The notes beneath the pieces are model-generated. The model was not told where the DNA came from. It searched no databases and was given only the letters and a program-made list of their open reading frames with translations. A program made the position numbers and the translations under genes. A stretch of 63,995 bases of DNA, the filler included, from Octopus bimaculoides (Eukaryota), in NCBI RefSeq assembly GCF_001194135.2. It is 8 parts of 7 records of this genome, joined end to end, with 100 filler letters (N's around TTAATTAATTAA, not from the genome) between each part and the next. Parts side by side here need not be neighbours in the genome. Positions count along the whole stretch, not along the records: positions 29,671 to 52,547 come from NC_068989.1; 7 more parts are not named here. One strand, written 5' to 3'. Positions 37,430-49,362 of the stretch are shown one piece after another; positions within the stretch are counted from its first letter, which is position 1, and the number at the start of each line of letters is the position of its first letter.

Positions 37430-37825
37430 TTTTTTATTTTACTTGTTTCAGTCATTAGACTGTGGCCATGCTGGGGTACCATTTTGGAGAACTTTTAGTC
37501 AAACTAATCAACCCCAGTACTTATTTTAAAGCCTGGTACTTATTCTGTTGGTCTCATTTGCTGAACCACTAAGTTACAGGGATGTAAACACACCAACACA
37601 GTGTGTTACACTGTGTCAAGTGGTGGTAGAGGACAAACACAGATGCACACACACATAGATATAAATATATACAATGGGCTTCTTTCAGTTTCTATCTACC
37701 AAATCCACTCACAAAGCTTTGATCAGCCTGAGACTATAGTAGAAGACACTTGCTCAAGGGCCACACAGGGGGACTGAACTCAGGATCATGTGGTTGGGAG
37801 GCAAACTTCTTACCACACAGCCATG
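37430..37825 (-). mobile_element. SINE family A, full length
   Basis: Tail at 37430 and head ttaccacacagccatgc at ~37810-37826. Confidence 0.85.
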
Positions 37826-38772
37826 CTACTTTTGTATTTTTATTGTTTTTAATTTGTGTTCAAATTAGAACAACAAGATCTTTGCTGTAAATTCTTTTGG
37901 TTTATTGCAATTTTCATTTTTGTTGTTTATTATTAATAAAAAATATACATAACTTTCAATTAGAGAGAAGTGTAGAAACTAAAGTTTTGGGTCTTGACCA
38001 TCATCAGTGAAGAAGACAGACGAAGTGATATTACCATTTACTTGCTCATAACGAAACTAATATCATTCTCTCTCACGCTCACTCAGATGAAAGGCAAAGG
38101 TCCAAAACTTGATATTTTTTGCATTGATTGAATTTATCAAACTCTTGCATTGTTCTTTAGACAAACTTGCTGATTCATACTGTCACTCATATCCTAAGGT
38201 CTCAGATTTTGCCTTAACTTTCAAGCACCTACAGATAACGAGTAGTGAATAGCTACAACTGGCAGGCCCACCTGCTGCAGCAAACAGTGTAACACACAGT
38301 AATTGATGGCGCTTTGTTTAGAGCCAGAGAGCAATAATTCAATTCCTTCTAGAAGCATTAAAATGTGTGCTTTTTTTTAACCTCCACGCCACTCCAACCC
38401 ACCTAGACTTGAAAAATGTTGTTATAGGTTTTAACATATAGAACTTACAATTGCAAACACACACACAAATTTAGATATATGTATATACACATACTTTTAG
38501 CAGAATTCAATAGCATACACATTTACACAGTCATATTCACATGTGCACATACAGTTAAACATACCTGCTCACACACATCTACACAGTGACCCAGCTATAT
38601 ACACTCACATACAGCCATACACACTTGCATATGTGTGTATGCACTCGTACATATACATACAGCTAAATATACCTGTATACATACATACATACAATGACAA
38701 AAATTCACACACATGCAGGCATACAATTATACCTAAATATAAGCAAGCATGTACCCACCCAAGATGCACACT

Positions 38773-38836
<64 letters not shown>

Positions 38837-39246
38837 TGTATATACATATTTATGGTGCCTCTCTATGTGTATCTAGTTAGCTGTTGTATATATATATATA
38901 TATATATATATACATACAACAGCTAACTAGATACACAGAGAGGCACCATAGATATATTTCATGGAGATATACCAGTGTACACATGCAAGCACATGTATAG
39001 TGACACACCCACATGTACACAGCAGCCTCTCTTTGATATCACATGCTATATTACATCTGATACGCCTATCTAAAGCAACAGGCAGTGAATATTATATTTC
39101 TTCTCTTATTTATCCAATGGAGGAATCACAACAACAAATGCTTTTCAGCAGAGGGTCTTATTTTTTTGTTTCTTGAGGAATTTTTTTGCCTGTGTGTGTG
39201 TATGTATTTTCAGTGCATGCATATTATGTGTTTGCATAAATATACA

Positions 39247-39280
<34 letters not shown>

Positions 39281-40445
39281 CACGTTTATATGAATATGCA
39301 TATATACACTGGTATGAAGCCAGATACATACATATATACATACACATGCAAGCTTGTGCATGCATGTGAATGTATGTGTGTGTATGCATGCACACATATA
39401 CACACACACATATATATATATGTATATATATATATGCATATTTGTATATATATGCATATGCATGTGTGTGTATATAAACATGTATGTTTGTATGAAAAAG
39501 AATGTGTGTATGTGTATCTGTCTGAGATTATATGAATATACATACAAGCATGCATGAGAGTTTGTATGAATATTCATAGTGTTTGTGCATGAGTGTTTAA
39601 ATGAATATACATGCATCAGTGTGTGTATGTGTGTATTTACTTGAATATACAAGCCTGTGCCTATATGAATATACATTCGTGCACGTTTATATGAACATGC
39701 ATGCATATGTGTGTGTTTATATCAACATACTAGTATGTGTGTGAGTTTATATGATCGTATATGCATGTGTGAGTGTTTATATGAATATACATTAGAGATG
39801 CATGTAATTCTATGAATATACATGTGTGTGTGTGTGTGTCTCGGTGTTTATATATTCATATATTATTTCAGTATCTATGCAGGAATTTTTTTTCTTATAC
39901 ATGCTTCTGTGTAGATATGTGTGTATAACTTTCTCTAAATTATATGCGTGAATATGTTCTAGATGTATACATGTGTGTGTGTGTGTGTGTACTTGATTAT
40001 ATGTATGTCATATATGTGCTTGTGTGTACATATATGGATTTCAGTTTACATACAAACACATAGGCACAGGAATGGTTGTGTGGTTAAAAGTTTGGCTCCC
40101 AAGTATGTGGTTTTAGGTTCATCTCTCTGTGCAGTGCCTTAAACCAACCAACACCTTGTGTAGGAATTTGATAGATGGAAACTATAAAAAGCCCATTGCC
40201 TGTATGTGTATGTGTGTGTGTGTGCATGCGTGCACATGCATGCACGTGCATAAAAGTGTGTATAAGAGGGTTGGCTGCAAAGTTCATAGACTGACCAAAA
40301 TACTCTCATGGAATGGAACCAGATGAGGTTTATTTTTCGACATAGACCCCCTTACAGTCCATACACTTCTATTGGTATTGCAGAACTTGGTTCTCCCATG
40401 GGTGAAGAAGTTTTCATTCTGTCGCTCAAAAATGTCAGTGCAGCA

Positions 40446-41843
40446 ATATCAAAGGAAGGCTAACTAGGAAGATAGTTTTTTGTGTGTGGCAAATCCTCAG
40501 GGGCAATAAACACTGAAAATATGCAGAAAACAGCTTCCATCACATGGCAGGGAGAAAAACCAGAAGTGGTTGATAGCTTCCATTACCTAGGTGACCAAGT
40601 CAGTAGCTAGGGTGGATGCTCTGAGTGTGTAGCTTCTAGAATAAGAATAGCCTGGGCAAAGTTCAGGGAGCTCCAACCTCTGCTGGTGACAAAGGCCTAT
40701 CGCTCAGAGTAAAAGGTAGACTGTATGATGCATGTGCGCAAACAGCCATACGACATGGCAGTGAAACATGGGCATGACTGCTGAGGACATGCATAAGTTT
40801 GCAAGGAATGAAGCTAGTATGCTCCACTTGATGTGTAATGTCAGTGTGCATACGCGACAGAGTGTAAGCACCCTGAGAGAAACGTTGGACATAAGAAGCA
40901 TCAGATGTGGTGTGAAAGAGAGATGACTGTGCTGGTATGGTCATGTGTTGCAAATGGATGAAGACAGCTGTGTGAAAAAGTGTCGCACCCTAGTAGTAGA
41001 GCGAACCTGTAGAAGAGGTAGAGCCAGGAAGACCTGGGATGAGGTGGTGAAGCACGACCTTCAAATGTTGAGCCTCACAGAATGATAACAAGTGACTGAG
41101 ACCTTTGGACATATGCTGTGCTTGAGAAGACCCAGCAAGCCAAGTTAGACCATAACCGTAGCCTTTGCCAGTGCAGCATAACTGGTCCATTTAACAGAAC
41201 TCTTCAATCATTGGTCAATAATGATTAACCAATGCAAAAAGCAAAACTGCGTTTTTGAAGACCTGTTGAATCAAGTGAAATCATTGTTGTGGCCAATGAC
41301 GGTACTGCCTGATTGGCAATCGTGCCAGTGGCATGTAGAAAGCACCATTTGAGCATGGTCAATGCCAGTGCTGCCTGACTGGTCCTGTGCTGGTAGCATG
41401 TAAAAAGCACCATTTGAGTATGATCGTTGCCAGTGCCGCCTGACTGACTCTCATGCTGGTGGCACAAAAAAAGCACCATTTGAGCATGGTTAATGCCAGC
41501 TGCCTGGTCCCATGCCGGTGGCCCATAAGAAGCACCATTGAGTGTGGTTGTTGCCAGTGATGCATGACTAGCCCTCGTGCTGGTGGCATGTAAAAAGCAC
41601 CATTCAAGCATGGTTGATGCCAGTACTGCCTGACTAGCCCTCATGCTGGTGCCATGTAAAAAGCACCCACTACACTCTTGGAGTGGTTGACGTAAGGAAA
41701 GGGAATCCAGCTGTAGAAATTTTGCCAGATCAGATTGAAGCCTGGTGCAACCTTCTGGCTTCCTAGCCCTCAGTCAAACCATCCAACCCATACCAGCATG
41801 GAAAACGGACGTTAAACGACGATGATGATGATGATGATGATGA
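40446..41843 (+). mobile_element. RTE LINE 3' fragment: RT thumb/C-terminus, six UTR modules, (GAT)n tail
   Basis: EVVDSFHYLGDQVSS...RIRIAWAKFREL...RVKGRLYDAC...HGSETW...GRARKTWDEVVKHDL. Stop at ~41148. Confidence 0.92.
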
Positions 41844-42715
41844 TCACAGTGATACTGGTTCCAAGCCAAGTGTTTTTTATGTTGGCAAAAAATAGATAAT
41901 GTGCAAATGGGACAAAAATCTGGAGAATATGGAGGTTGATCAACTAGTTCAAAGCCACTGTCAATCACAGCAACCATTGAAGCCAAGAACTGGTGTGCTG
42001 GAGCATTGTCCTAATGAAGCAAAACTCTTTTCATCAGTGTTCCTATTTATTTGGTCTTAATAGTCATTCATAACTGCCTCAGCAAGTTGGCATAATCCTC
42101 GCCATTGATGGTGTGGCCCTTTGAAGTCAATAAATACAATGCTCTTTGCATCCCAAAAAACTGAGGCCATCACCATCCCTGCAGATGAAACAACCTTGGA
42201 CTTCTTTGGAGCAGGAGAGGAGGGGTGTTTCCACTGCAAGGATTGTCTCTTTGTTGGACTTATCACTTTGAGCTAGAAACAGTCATCCTGGTTTGGGAAA
42301 CATTCAAGGAAATCAGATGGATCCTGACTCAAATGTTGTCAGGAGACAGAAGACATGACACCCACTGAACAGAAACATTTGTCTTGCCAAGTTCATTGTG
42401 CAGAATATTCTCAGTTCTCTCATGGGATATGCTAATTGCATTTGCAATCTGATCACCTGTCATCTATTACCATGACAGCCAATCACCTGTCATCTATCAC
42501 CATGTGGTGAATATGATCAATGTTTTCTTTAATGGTGGCAATTGCAGGATGTCCAAACCCTGGCTTGTCTTCAAGACTTTCCCTTCCCCTCCCCTCAGCT
42601 TCACAATTTTGCATTGTTGACAAAGCTGGAGCGTCATTCCCTAATGTAGCAACCATGTCAGGATGAATATTATTGGGAGCTGAACATTTTTTTCTGCTGG
42701 TACTTGATAACACGT

Positions 42716-42973
42716 GGAGGCACGTGGTTTAGTGGTTAGGGTGTCAGCATCATGATCGTAAGATTGTGGTTTCGATTCCTGGACCGGGCGACGCGTTGTA
42801 TTCTTGAACAAAACACTTCATTTCACGTTGCTCCAGTCCACTCAGCTGGCAAAAATGAGTAACGCTGCAATGGACTGGTGTCTTGTCCAGCTGGGGAATA
42901 CATACGCCATTGAAACCAGGAAACTGGGCCCATGAGCCTGGCTAGGCTTTAAAAGGGCGCATTTATTTATTAT
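42716..42973 (+). mobile_element. SINE family D, full length with 13-bp TSD
   Basis: A box tggtttagtgg, B-box-like gtttcgattcc and (ATTT)n tail. TSD TACTTGATAACAC at 42701-42713 and 42974-42986. Confidence 0.92.
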
Positions 42974-43877
42974 TACTTGATAACACCACTATGCCAAATT
43001 TTGTCCATTTTCAAGAGTAGTCACTACTAGTTACATTTTTTAAGTCTTCTTTAAACAGCGAGATGTCAGTTTCCGTAGAAAGAAACAATGCAGCTTTTAA
43101 TAAGATTTGAAGTTAATGCATGCAAGATTTCACAGCCCTAGCATCATTCCTTCATTGTCAACCTATGAACTTTTCAACCCACACTCATATATTGATATTT
43201 CATGTGCATCATCATTTGAGCAAAACAGTGATAGTATTTTCGTTTCTTGTTGATATGACTTGTCATTCTGACCTATCAAAAAAAAAGTGGAATAAAATAT
43301 CCTTCATTTGAAAAGCAGATAAGGGTTTGTGACAGGAAGAGCATCCAGCTACAAAAACCTGCCTAGCATAAGTTCCTGTCCATCCTATATTAACATAGTA
43401 AAGCAGACATGAAACAAACAAGTGAACATATGTGAATTCAGGTGTGTGTGTGTGTGTGTGTGCACATGTAACTACATGTTCAGATGTGTGTGCATGATAT
43501 GTACTAATAAGAATATAAATATGTGTCATATCTATGTATGTATGTGCATTTATGTGTATATTTACTAATGAGTATTTCATTCTACTATGTAATGAGTATA
43601 ATTTTGTATATGTTTCTATGTGTTTATATGTGAGCATGTGTATGTATGTATAAATATTACATTAAAAAATATCTATTAGGATTCAATTATGATATGATTT
43701 TGATAATTTAGATATCACAGTTAATATTTATATCTATCTATGTATAGGCACGCATGTTGTGTGTGTGTGTGAATATGAATTGTATGAGTGTATGACAGCA
43801 GTTTGAGAAACAACAGATAAAAAATGCACAAAACCTATTTTTCACCACCTCACAGGGAAGTTTTGCATAAAATTCGT

Positions 43878-43911
<34 letters not shown>

Positions 43912-44115
43912 ATACATAGATAACAGGAATATTTTAAATTTCAGTGTTTTTAATTTTGCATATTCTTTTTGAAATAGCTAAACACTTTATATTATAATTA
44001 TGAATTGTTTGGGTCAGCTAGAAGTAACAATGAAATCTCTCTCAAATCAAATTCTTCAACTTCAATTATGCTGGATGTATTAGACACCCAGAGTAGACTC
44101 TCATAGATAATAAAA

Positions 44116-44525
44116 GTGAGAAGACCCGGCAAGCCAAGTAAGATCGTTGCCAGTGCCCCTGGACTGGTTCTTGTGCGGGTGGCACATGAGATGCACCATT
44201 TTGAGCGTGGCCGTTGCCAGTACCGCCTGACTGGCTCCTGTAGGATTTTCGAGCGAGATCGTTGCCAGTGCCCCTGGACTGGCTTGTGCGGGTGGCACAT
44301 AAAAGACACCATTTCGAGCGTGGCCGTTTTCGTGCGGGTGACACGTAAAAGCACCCACTACACTCTCTGAGTGGTTGGCGTTAGGAAGGGCATCCAGCTG
44401 TAGAAACTCTGCCAAATCAGACTGGAGCCTGGTGTTGCCATCCGGTTTCACCAGTCCTCAGTCAAATCGTCCAACCCATGCTAGCATGGAAAGCGGACGT
44501 TAAACGATGATGATGATGATGATGA
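44116..44525 (+). mobile_element. RTE LINE 3' end (last codons, UTR, (GAT)n)
   Basis: gagaagacccggcaagccaagtaa (ORF end) runs directly into the module array and the conserved tail. Confidence 0.9.
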
Positions 44526-44789
44526 ATCACATCTGGAAGGCCTTTAACCATAAGTTTCCCCATCAGGATGGACTTGAGGCAAAACAACACCAGTGATGTT
44601 GCTTACAATATTAATACACCAACAGCATCAGTCACATATACCTGTGTAGTATAGGTAGCTAGGATACAATCAAGACCATAATGTTATATGATGTTCTCAA
44701 CAAGGTCATCTTCATATCACAGAGAAAAAGAAAAACAAAGCAAACAGATGATATGGTTGTTGGTAGTGCACTGTGTAACCGGGAAAGTA

Positions 44790-45171
44790 GTGGAGGCGCA
44801 ATGGCCCAGTGGTTAGGGCAGCGGACTTGCGGTCATAGTATCACGGTTTCGATTCTCAGACTGGGCATTGTGAGTGTTTATTGAGCAAAAACACCTAAAG
44901 CTCCACAGGGCAGGGGATGGTGGCGAACACTGCTGTACTCTTTCCCCACAACTTTCTCTCACTCTTACTTCCTGTTTCTGTTGTGCCTGTAATTCAAAGG
45001 GCCAGCCTTGTCACACTGTGTCACGCTGAATATCCCCGAGAACTACGTTAAGGGAACACGTGTCTGGGGAGTGATCAGCCACTTACATGTTAATTTCACG
45101 AGCAGGCTGTTCCATTGATCGGATCAACTGGAACCCTTGACGTTGTAAGCGACAGTGCCAACAACAACAAC
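44790..45171 (+). mobile_element. SINE family E (tRNA head, (ACA)n tail) with 13-bp TSD
   Basis: A box tggcccagtgg and B-box-like gtttcgattct. TSD AACCGGGAAAGTA at 44777-44789 and 45172-45184. Confidence 0.9.
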
Positions 45172-45187
45172 AACCGGGAAAGTAAAA

Positions 45188-45500
45188 GCACATGGCTTGG
45201 TGGTTAGGGTGTTCTGCTTATGATTATAAGGTCATGACTTTGATTCTTGGCAATGTATTGTGTATTTGAGCAAGATACTTTATTTCACATTGCTCCAGTC
45301 CACTCGGCTGGTGAAAATGAGTTGTACATGTAATTCAAAGGCTTTGTCACATTTTGTGTCCTGCTGAATCTCCCTGAGAACTACATTAAGGGTACACATG
45401 TCTGTGGAGTACTCAACCACTTGCACGTGAATTTCACAAGTGGGTTGTTCCATTAATTGGATCAACTGGAACCATTGCCATAGTGATCAATAGAGTGCCA
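45188..45500 (+). mobile_element. Older SINE with a family D-like head and family E-like 3' body
   Basis: ttgctccagtccactcggctgg followed by gagaactacattaagggtacacatgtctgtggagt...ggatcaactggaacc, shared with 44790-45171. Confidence 0.7.
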
Positions 45501-45807
45501 ATTTATAACTGGGAAAGAGGACCGTCAGAGAACGTTTTTCATCATAAATATATTTGATCAAGGATGAAATGGCTAAACTAGACCTGAGAGAAATGGTAGC
45601 CACATCTCCCTTGCACCACACACAATACCGTTTTACATGTGTATACGATTCTATTAGATAACAACTACGTAAAAACTAGACAGTGGATATAGTAGCTACA
45701 TCTTTAAATTACATCCTACTTATGTGTGTGAGTGTGTGAGCATATATGTGTGCATATGCGGGAGAATGTGAGTGCCAAAAAAATATGTGAGTATGACAGT
45801 GAGAGTA

Positions 45808-45839
<32 letters not shown>

Positions 45840-47032
45840 TGAGTGAGAGTGTGAAAGAAAGTCTGTGCGAGATTGAGTCAGTGTGCGAGAGAGTCAGTGT
45901 GCGAGTGAGTCCATGTATGTGTGAGTCAGTGTTTTGCATTTAGTGTTACATGTGAGTCAATGAAGTAGATCTGTGTGGCACTTACTCCTACTAGAAACAG
46001 CCAAATCTCTTTCAAATCACACCCTACTGACATTATGTAAGTACATAAGTCAACAAGTGAGATCACTGCATGGTAGATAGACATGTTAAAAACAGCAAGC
46101 TATTCTCCATCAAGTCATATTCTTTTGTTTTAAGTTACTATGACACAATATCCAAGTATTGTCAGGGACCCGTACCCGTATGTATGTATATGCAGACATG
46201 CATACACTAGATAACATACATCCTATAATCAAGACAGAAGTGGTTAACAGAAGTTGAATATCTGTGTATTGGCATATTTAATTACCTTGGGACAAAGGGA
46301 AATAGTTAAACCAATTACATGGCTTTAGTAACACCAGAACAAAGTAACTATGCTTAAGGCATGGATCTAAGTATTTGAGGTGAGAAACATACAATGTCTG
46401 GCCCAAGCAGACAAAATAGAAAAAGCATTGACCCAGAGAATGTTGAGGGAGATGCGCTGGAACAACTGCTCTGACCCATGGGGCTCACACTTGCGGTCAA
46501 TCATCTTTACCCTGATAGTGAGGTCTCCACTGCCACAGGCTCAATCATAAACCTGTCAGTGACAGATACCTTGACAGTTTGCTTTTCTCAGCCTGATGGG
46601 CAACGGAGCTTGGGCTGGTTGATGACCATAACAAGTTGCCACTGGAGAAGGTATCACAGCATGTGGCATCCTAGATGAGGGGTCTACCACCACAGAACAA
46701 GAAAACTGTTATACTGTCAAGGCCTTTTAACATCCCTTCAGTCCAGCAATGTTGGCCTGAGCTAGAAAGGGAAGCCTGTGGTGTCTAGGCCATGCTTTTT
46801 TCCTTAGGGTAGCATGGCATGGAAGATATCCAGCACTGTGTGAATGTAAAGACAGAAGGGTGAGAGACATTCAATTAAACCACTCAGGTATTGTATCAAA
46901 GGGCAGTAGAAGTACAGAACTTGAGGGAGAATCATCCGCTACTTTTTAAGATACAGTTCTATATTTAAGAGATGAGGAATTGTGCACATTATTTACATTT
47001 GACGGATATTTGTCCTCATCTTGTTTGTTGTT

Positions 47033-47078
47033 AACACAACGTTTCAGCTGATATACCCTCCACACTTCTTCAGGTGTC
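47033..47078 (-). ncRNA. Hammerhead ribozyme motif, degenerate stem II
   Basis: Reverse complement GACAC-CUGAAGA-A-GUGUGGAGGGUAUAUCAGCU-GAAA-CGUU-GUGUU. Confidence 0.55.
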
Positions 47079-47233
47079 TTGGGGAAATTTCAAACCTGGG
47101 TTCTCATTCCTAAGGTATTTTTCAATGTTATTATTATTACTATTATTGTTAATGTTCAGGTCACTGCTTGGAATCGAACTCAGAATCTTGGGGTTAGCAG
47201 CCCGTGCTCTTAACTACTATGCCATATGCCCGT

Positions 47234-47303
47234 GGGCATATGGTGTAGTGGTTAAGAGCGCGGGCTACTAACCCCAAGATTCTGAGTTCGATTCCAAGCA
47301 GTG
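47234..47303 (+). promoter_or_regulatory. tRNA-Ser-like head with Pol III A and B boxes inside the pLTR (mirror copy at 47161-47231 minus)
   Basis: A box TGGTGTAGTGG (47241-47251), B box GAGTTCGATTCC (47284-47295) and anticodon-like arm GGG-CTACTAA-CCC. The mirror copy has CTGCTAA, the tRNA-Ser(GCU) loop. No proper acceptor stem. Confidence 0.75.
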
Positions 47304-47380
47304 ACCTGAACATTAACAATAATAATAATAACATTGAAAAATACCTTAGGAATGAGAACCCAGGTTTGAAATTTCCCCAA

Positions 47381-47426
47381 GACACCTGAAGAAGGCTGGA
47401 GGGTATATCAGCTGAAACGTTGTGTT
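47381..47426 (+). ncRNA. Minimal type I hammerhead ribozyme motif
   Basis: GACAC-CUGAAGA-A-GGCUG...CAGCU-GAAA-CGUU-GUGUU. Stem II closes with a G-U pair. Confidence 0.7.
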
Positions 47427-47629
47427 AACAACAAACAGGATGAGGACAAATATCCGTTGAATGTAAATAATGTACTTTTTAAGATGTCTGGTTACCACTT
47501 GTTGGCTCATACTTATATATTTATATGTGCATGCATATTTTTATGTGCATATGTATGCATGTATACATATCTGAGAGATGCATGCACGTGTGAATGAAAG
47601 AGTATTTGTATACACACTAACACACACAT

Positions 47630-48010
47630 CTTTTATTTTTTACTAGTTTCAGTCATTAGACTCATGCTGAGTCTTGTAGGGTTCAATCAAACAAATCAAT
47701 TCAGTACTTTTTTTTTCAAGTCCAGTACTTACTTATTCTATCAGCCTCTTTTACCAAATCACTAAGTTACAGGGACATAAACAAACCAACACCAGTATTT
47801 AAGCAGTGGAGGGGGACAAACACAAAAATATGCACACATATACATATACAACAGGCTTCTTTCAGTTTCTATCTAACAAATCCACTCACAAGGCTTTGGT
47901 TGACCAGAGAATATAGTAGATAACACTTGCCCATGATGTCACATAGTGGGACTGAACCCAGAACCATTGGGTTGAGAAGTAAGCTTCTTACCTCACACTC
48001 ATGCCTGCAT
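47630..48010 (-). mobile_element. SINE family A, near full length
   Basis: Tail at 47630 and head ctcacactcatgcctgc at ~47992-48008. Confidence 0.85.
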
Positions 48011-48209
48011 CTACATTTATGTATATAGGGTATATGTTTGAAAACATGTATATATGAATCCATGTGGAATTGTTTTTTTTGGGGGGGGGGCTAGTCAGAA
48101 AGAGAAGGGCCATGCACGCACCCTTTTATGGATTTCAAGTCCTCTGAGATTGGTGAATGGAAGGGCAGGAGCTTTTCTTAAATCAGAGGCCTGGTCTGAA
48201 TGCTTCCTA

Positions 48210-48426
48210 TATGAAGAGGTGCTGAAAAATTCCTGGCTTTGGATAAAAGAAAATACAGGAGGATCAGTTTTAATTTTATTCAACATATTCCCCCTCTCAA
48301 GTTCACACACTTATTGCAATAGTCTCTCAGTTTTTCTAAGCTCTGTAAAAGAACTCAGAAGGGTGAGCTTCCAACCAGGTCTTTCATGATACCCTTAAGC
48401 CAGAAATTTTACAGCACCCCATCATA
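48210..48426. mobile_element. mariner-derived MITE
   Basis: TIRs tatgaagaggtgctgaaaaattcctggctt / aagccagaaattttacagcaccccatcata, with TA termini. Confidence 0.8.
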
Positions 48427-49362
48427 GAGTAGATTTTTCTGAAGGACCATTTGATGGTTATGTTAAATGTGGTGACAGATTAACTTCACTACCCAAGAAC
48501 TCTGAGTGAAAGCAAGTGGAATAAATATCATAAGACTTCTCACTACCCCAGTATTTTAATCAAACCTGAAAGGATGAAAGATAAAGTTGATCTCAGTGGC
48601 ATTTCACCAAAGAAAGCTGCAGCAATTGTGACTAGATATTTTGTCCCATATTCTTATACAACTGTGAATTGTGTGTATGTGAATTAGTAAGGATGGAGAT
48701 AGATGGTGGTGTGTACAAATGACGGACCAGTTAAATGCCTGTGAGTGTGTGTCTGCATGCACAATTACTTTGTGTGCGTGTATACATATGTATGTATAGG
48801 TATACACACACACACACATATAATTAGGAGTGTGTGAATGTGTACTTGTGTGTGTTTATATATATATGTATGTGCATGTGTGTGTTTATATATGTGTGTG
48901 CGTGTTATATAATCTTCTGAAAGATTACTCATTATTTCAAAGATATATATCAACATTGACAGCAGTTTGAAAGGGAGCTGCTGCTGTTGCTGCCGAGAAT
49001 GAATTGAAGAAGCCATAGATAAGTAATCCCTTGTTATTATAATGAATTCCTACAGGTAGAAAAGATAATTTGCAGAGGAATCAAAAACATTGTTACAATA
49101 CAATTCAAGAGATTTCTGGGAATATTGGCAGGAAAATCGTTTTTGAGAAGCAAAATGAGCTGATATCATTGTGAATACATCATTTCATATGTGACGCATA
49201 AATGTATATTAAACTTCTAAGAACTGTTAAGAAATGGTGCTTAGCACCAGTTTTATGGAGTAAAATAGCTAAAGAGATAAATCTCTCTCTCTGGATATGA
49301 TGTCAGTTGATCACATAATATTCCTAGTTTGCTTGTTACTAACTGCTGATTAGATGAACAGC

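Larger units (their letters stand above)
40263..43189 (-). mobile_element. Full-length mariner split by nested RTE (40446-41843) and SINE D (42714-42986) insertions
   Basis: TIRs at 40263 (taagagggttggctgcaaagttcataga) and 43159-43189. Start MDKIWHSGVIKY at 43008, then DMVATLGNDAPALST, KRQSLQWKHPSSPAPKK, ASVFWDAK and QPPYSPD. About 1.25 kb remains after removing the inserts. Confidence 0.9.
46953..47472 (-). mobile_element. Palindromic solo Penelope pLTR insertion (inverted partial copy plus full sense copy), 13-bp TSD
   Basis: Arms 46986-47231 and 47234-47473 are reverse complements around a 2-nt loop. The left arm has an extra ~33-nt tail (46953-46985). TSD TACTTTTTAAGAT at 46940-46952 and 47473-47485. 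Sequence matches the pLTR at 56689-56947. Confidence 0.9.

Noticed and set aside
38543-40326. Dense overlapping [12 protein letters not shown] ORFs (also 5479-5891, 23083-23414, 50902-51417)
   Set aside because: Translations of degenerate (CA)n/(TA)n/(TATG)n tracts with no coding signal.
41260-41670. CRISPR-like array
   Set aside because: Eukaryotic context, no unique spacers and no cas genes. The units are LINE 3' UTR modules.
47222-47243. Parvovirus-like flip/flop hairpin isomers (GT loop at 47232 versus AC loop at 56693)
   Set aside because: The sense strand of the palindrome is minus, where the loop also reads AC, so the two are the same orientation.
47234-47303. Functional tRNA gene
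   Set aside because: 5' and 3' ends do not form an acceptor stem, the serine variable arm is absent, and the sequence is part of a multicopy retroelement repeat.
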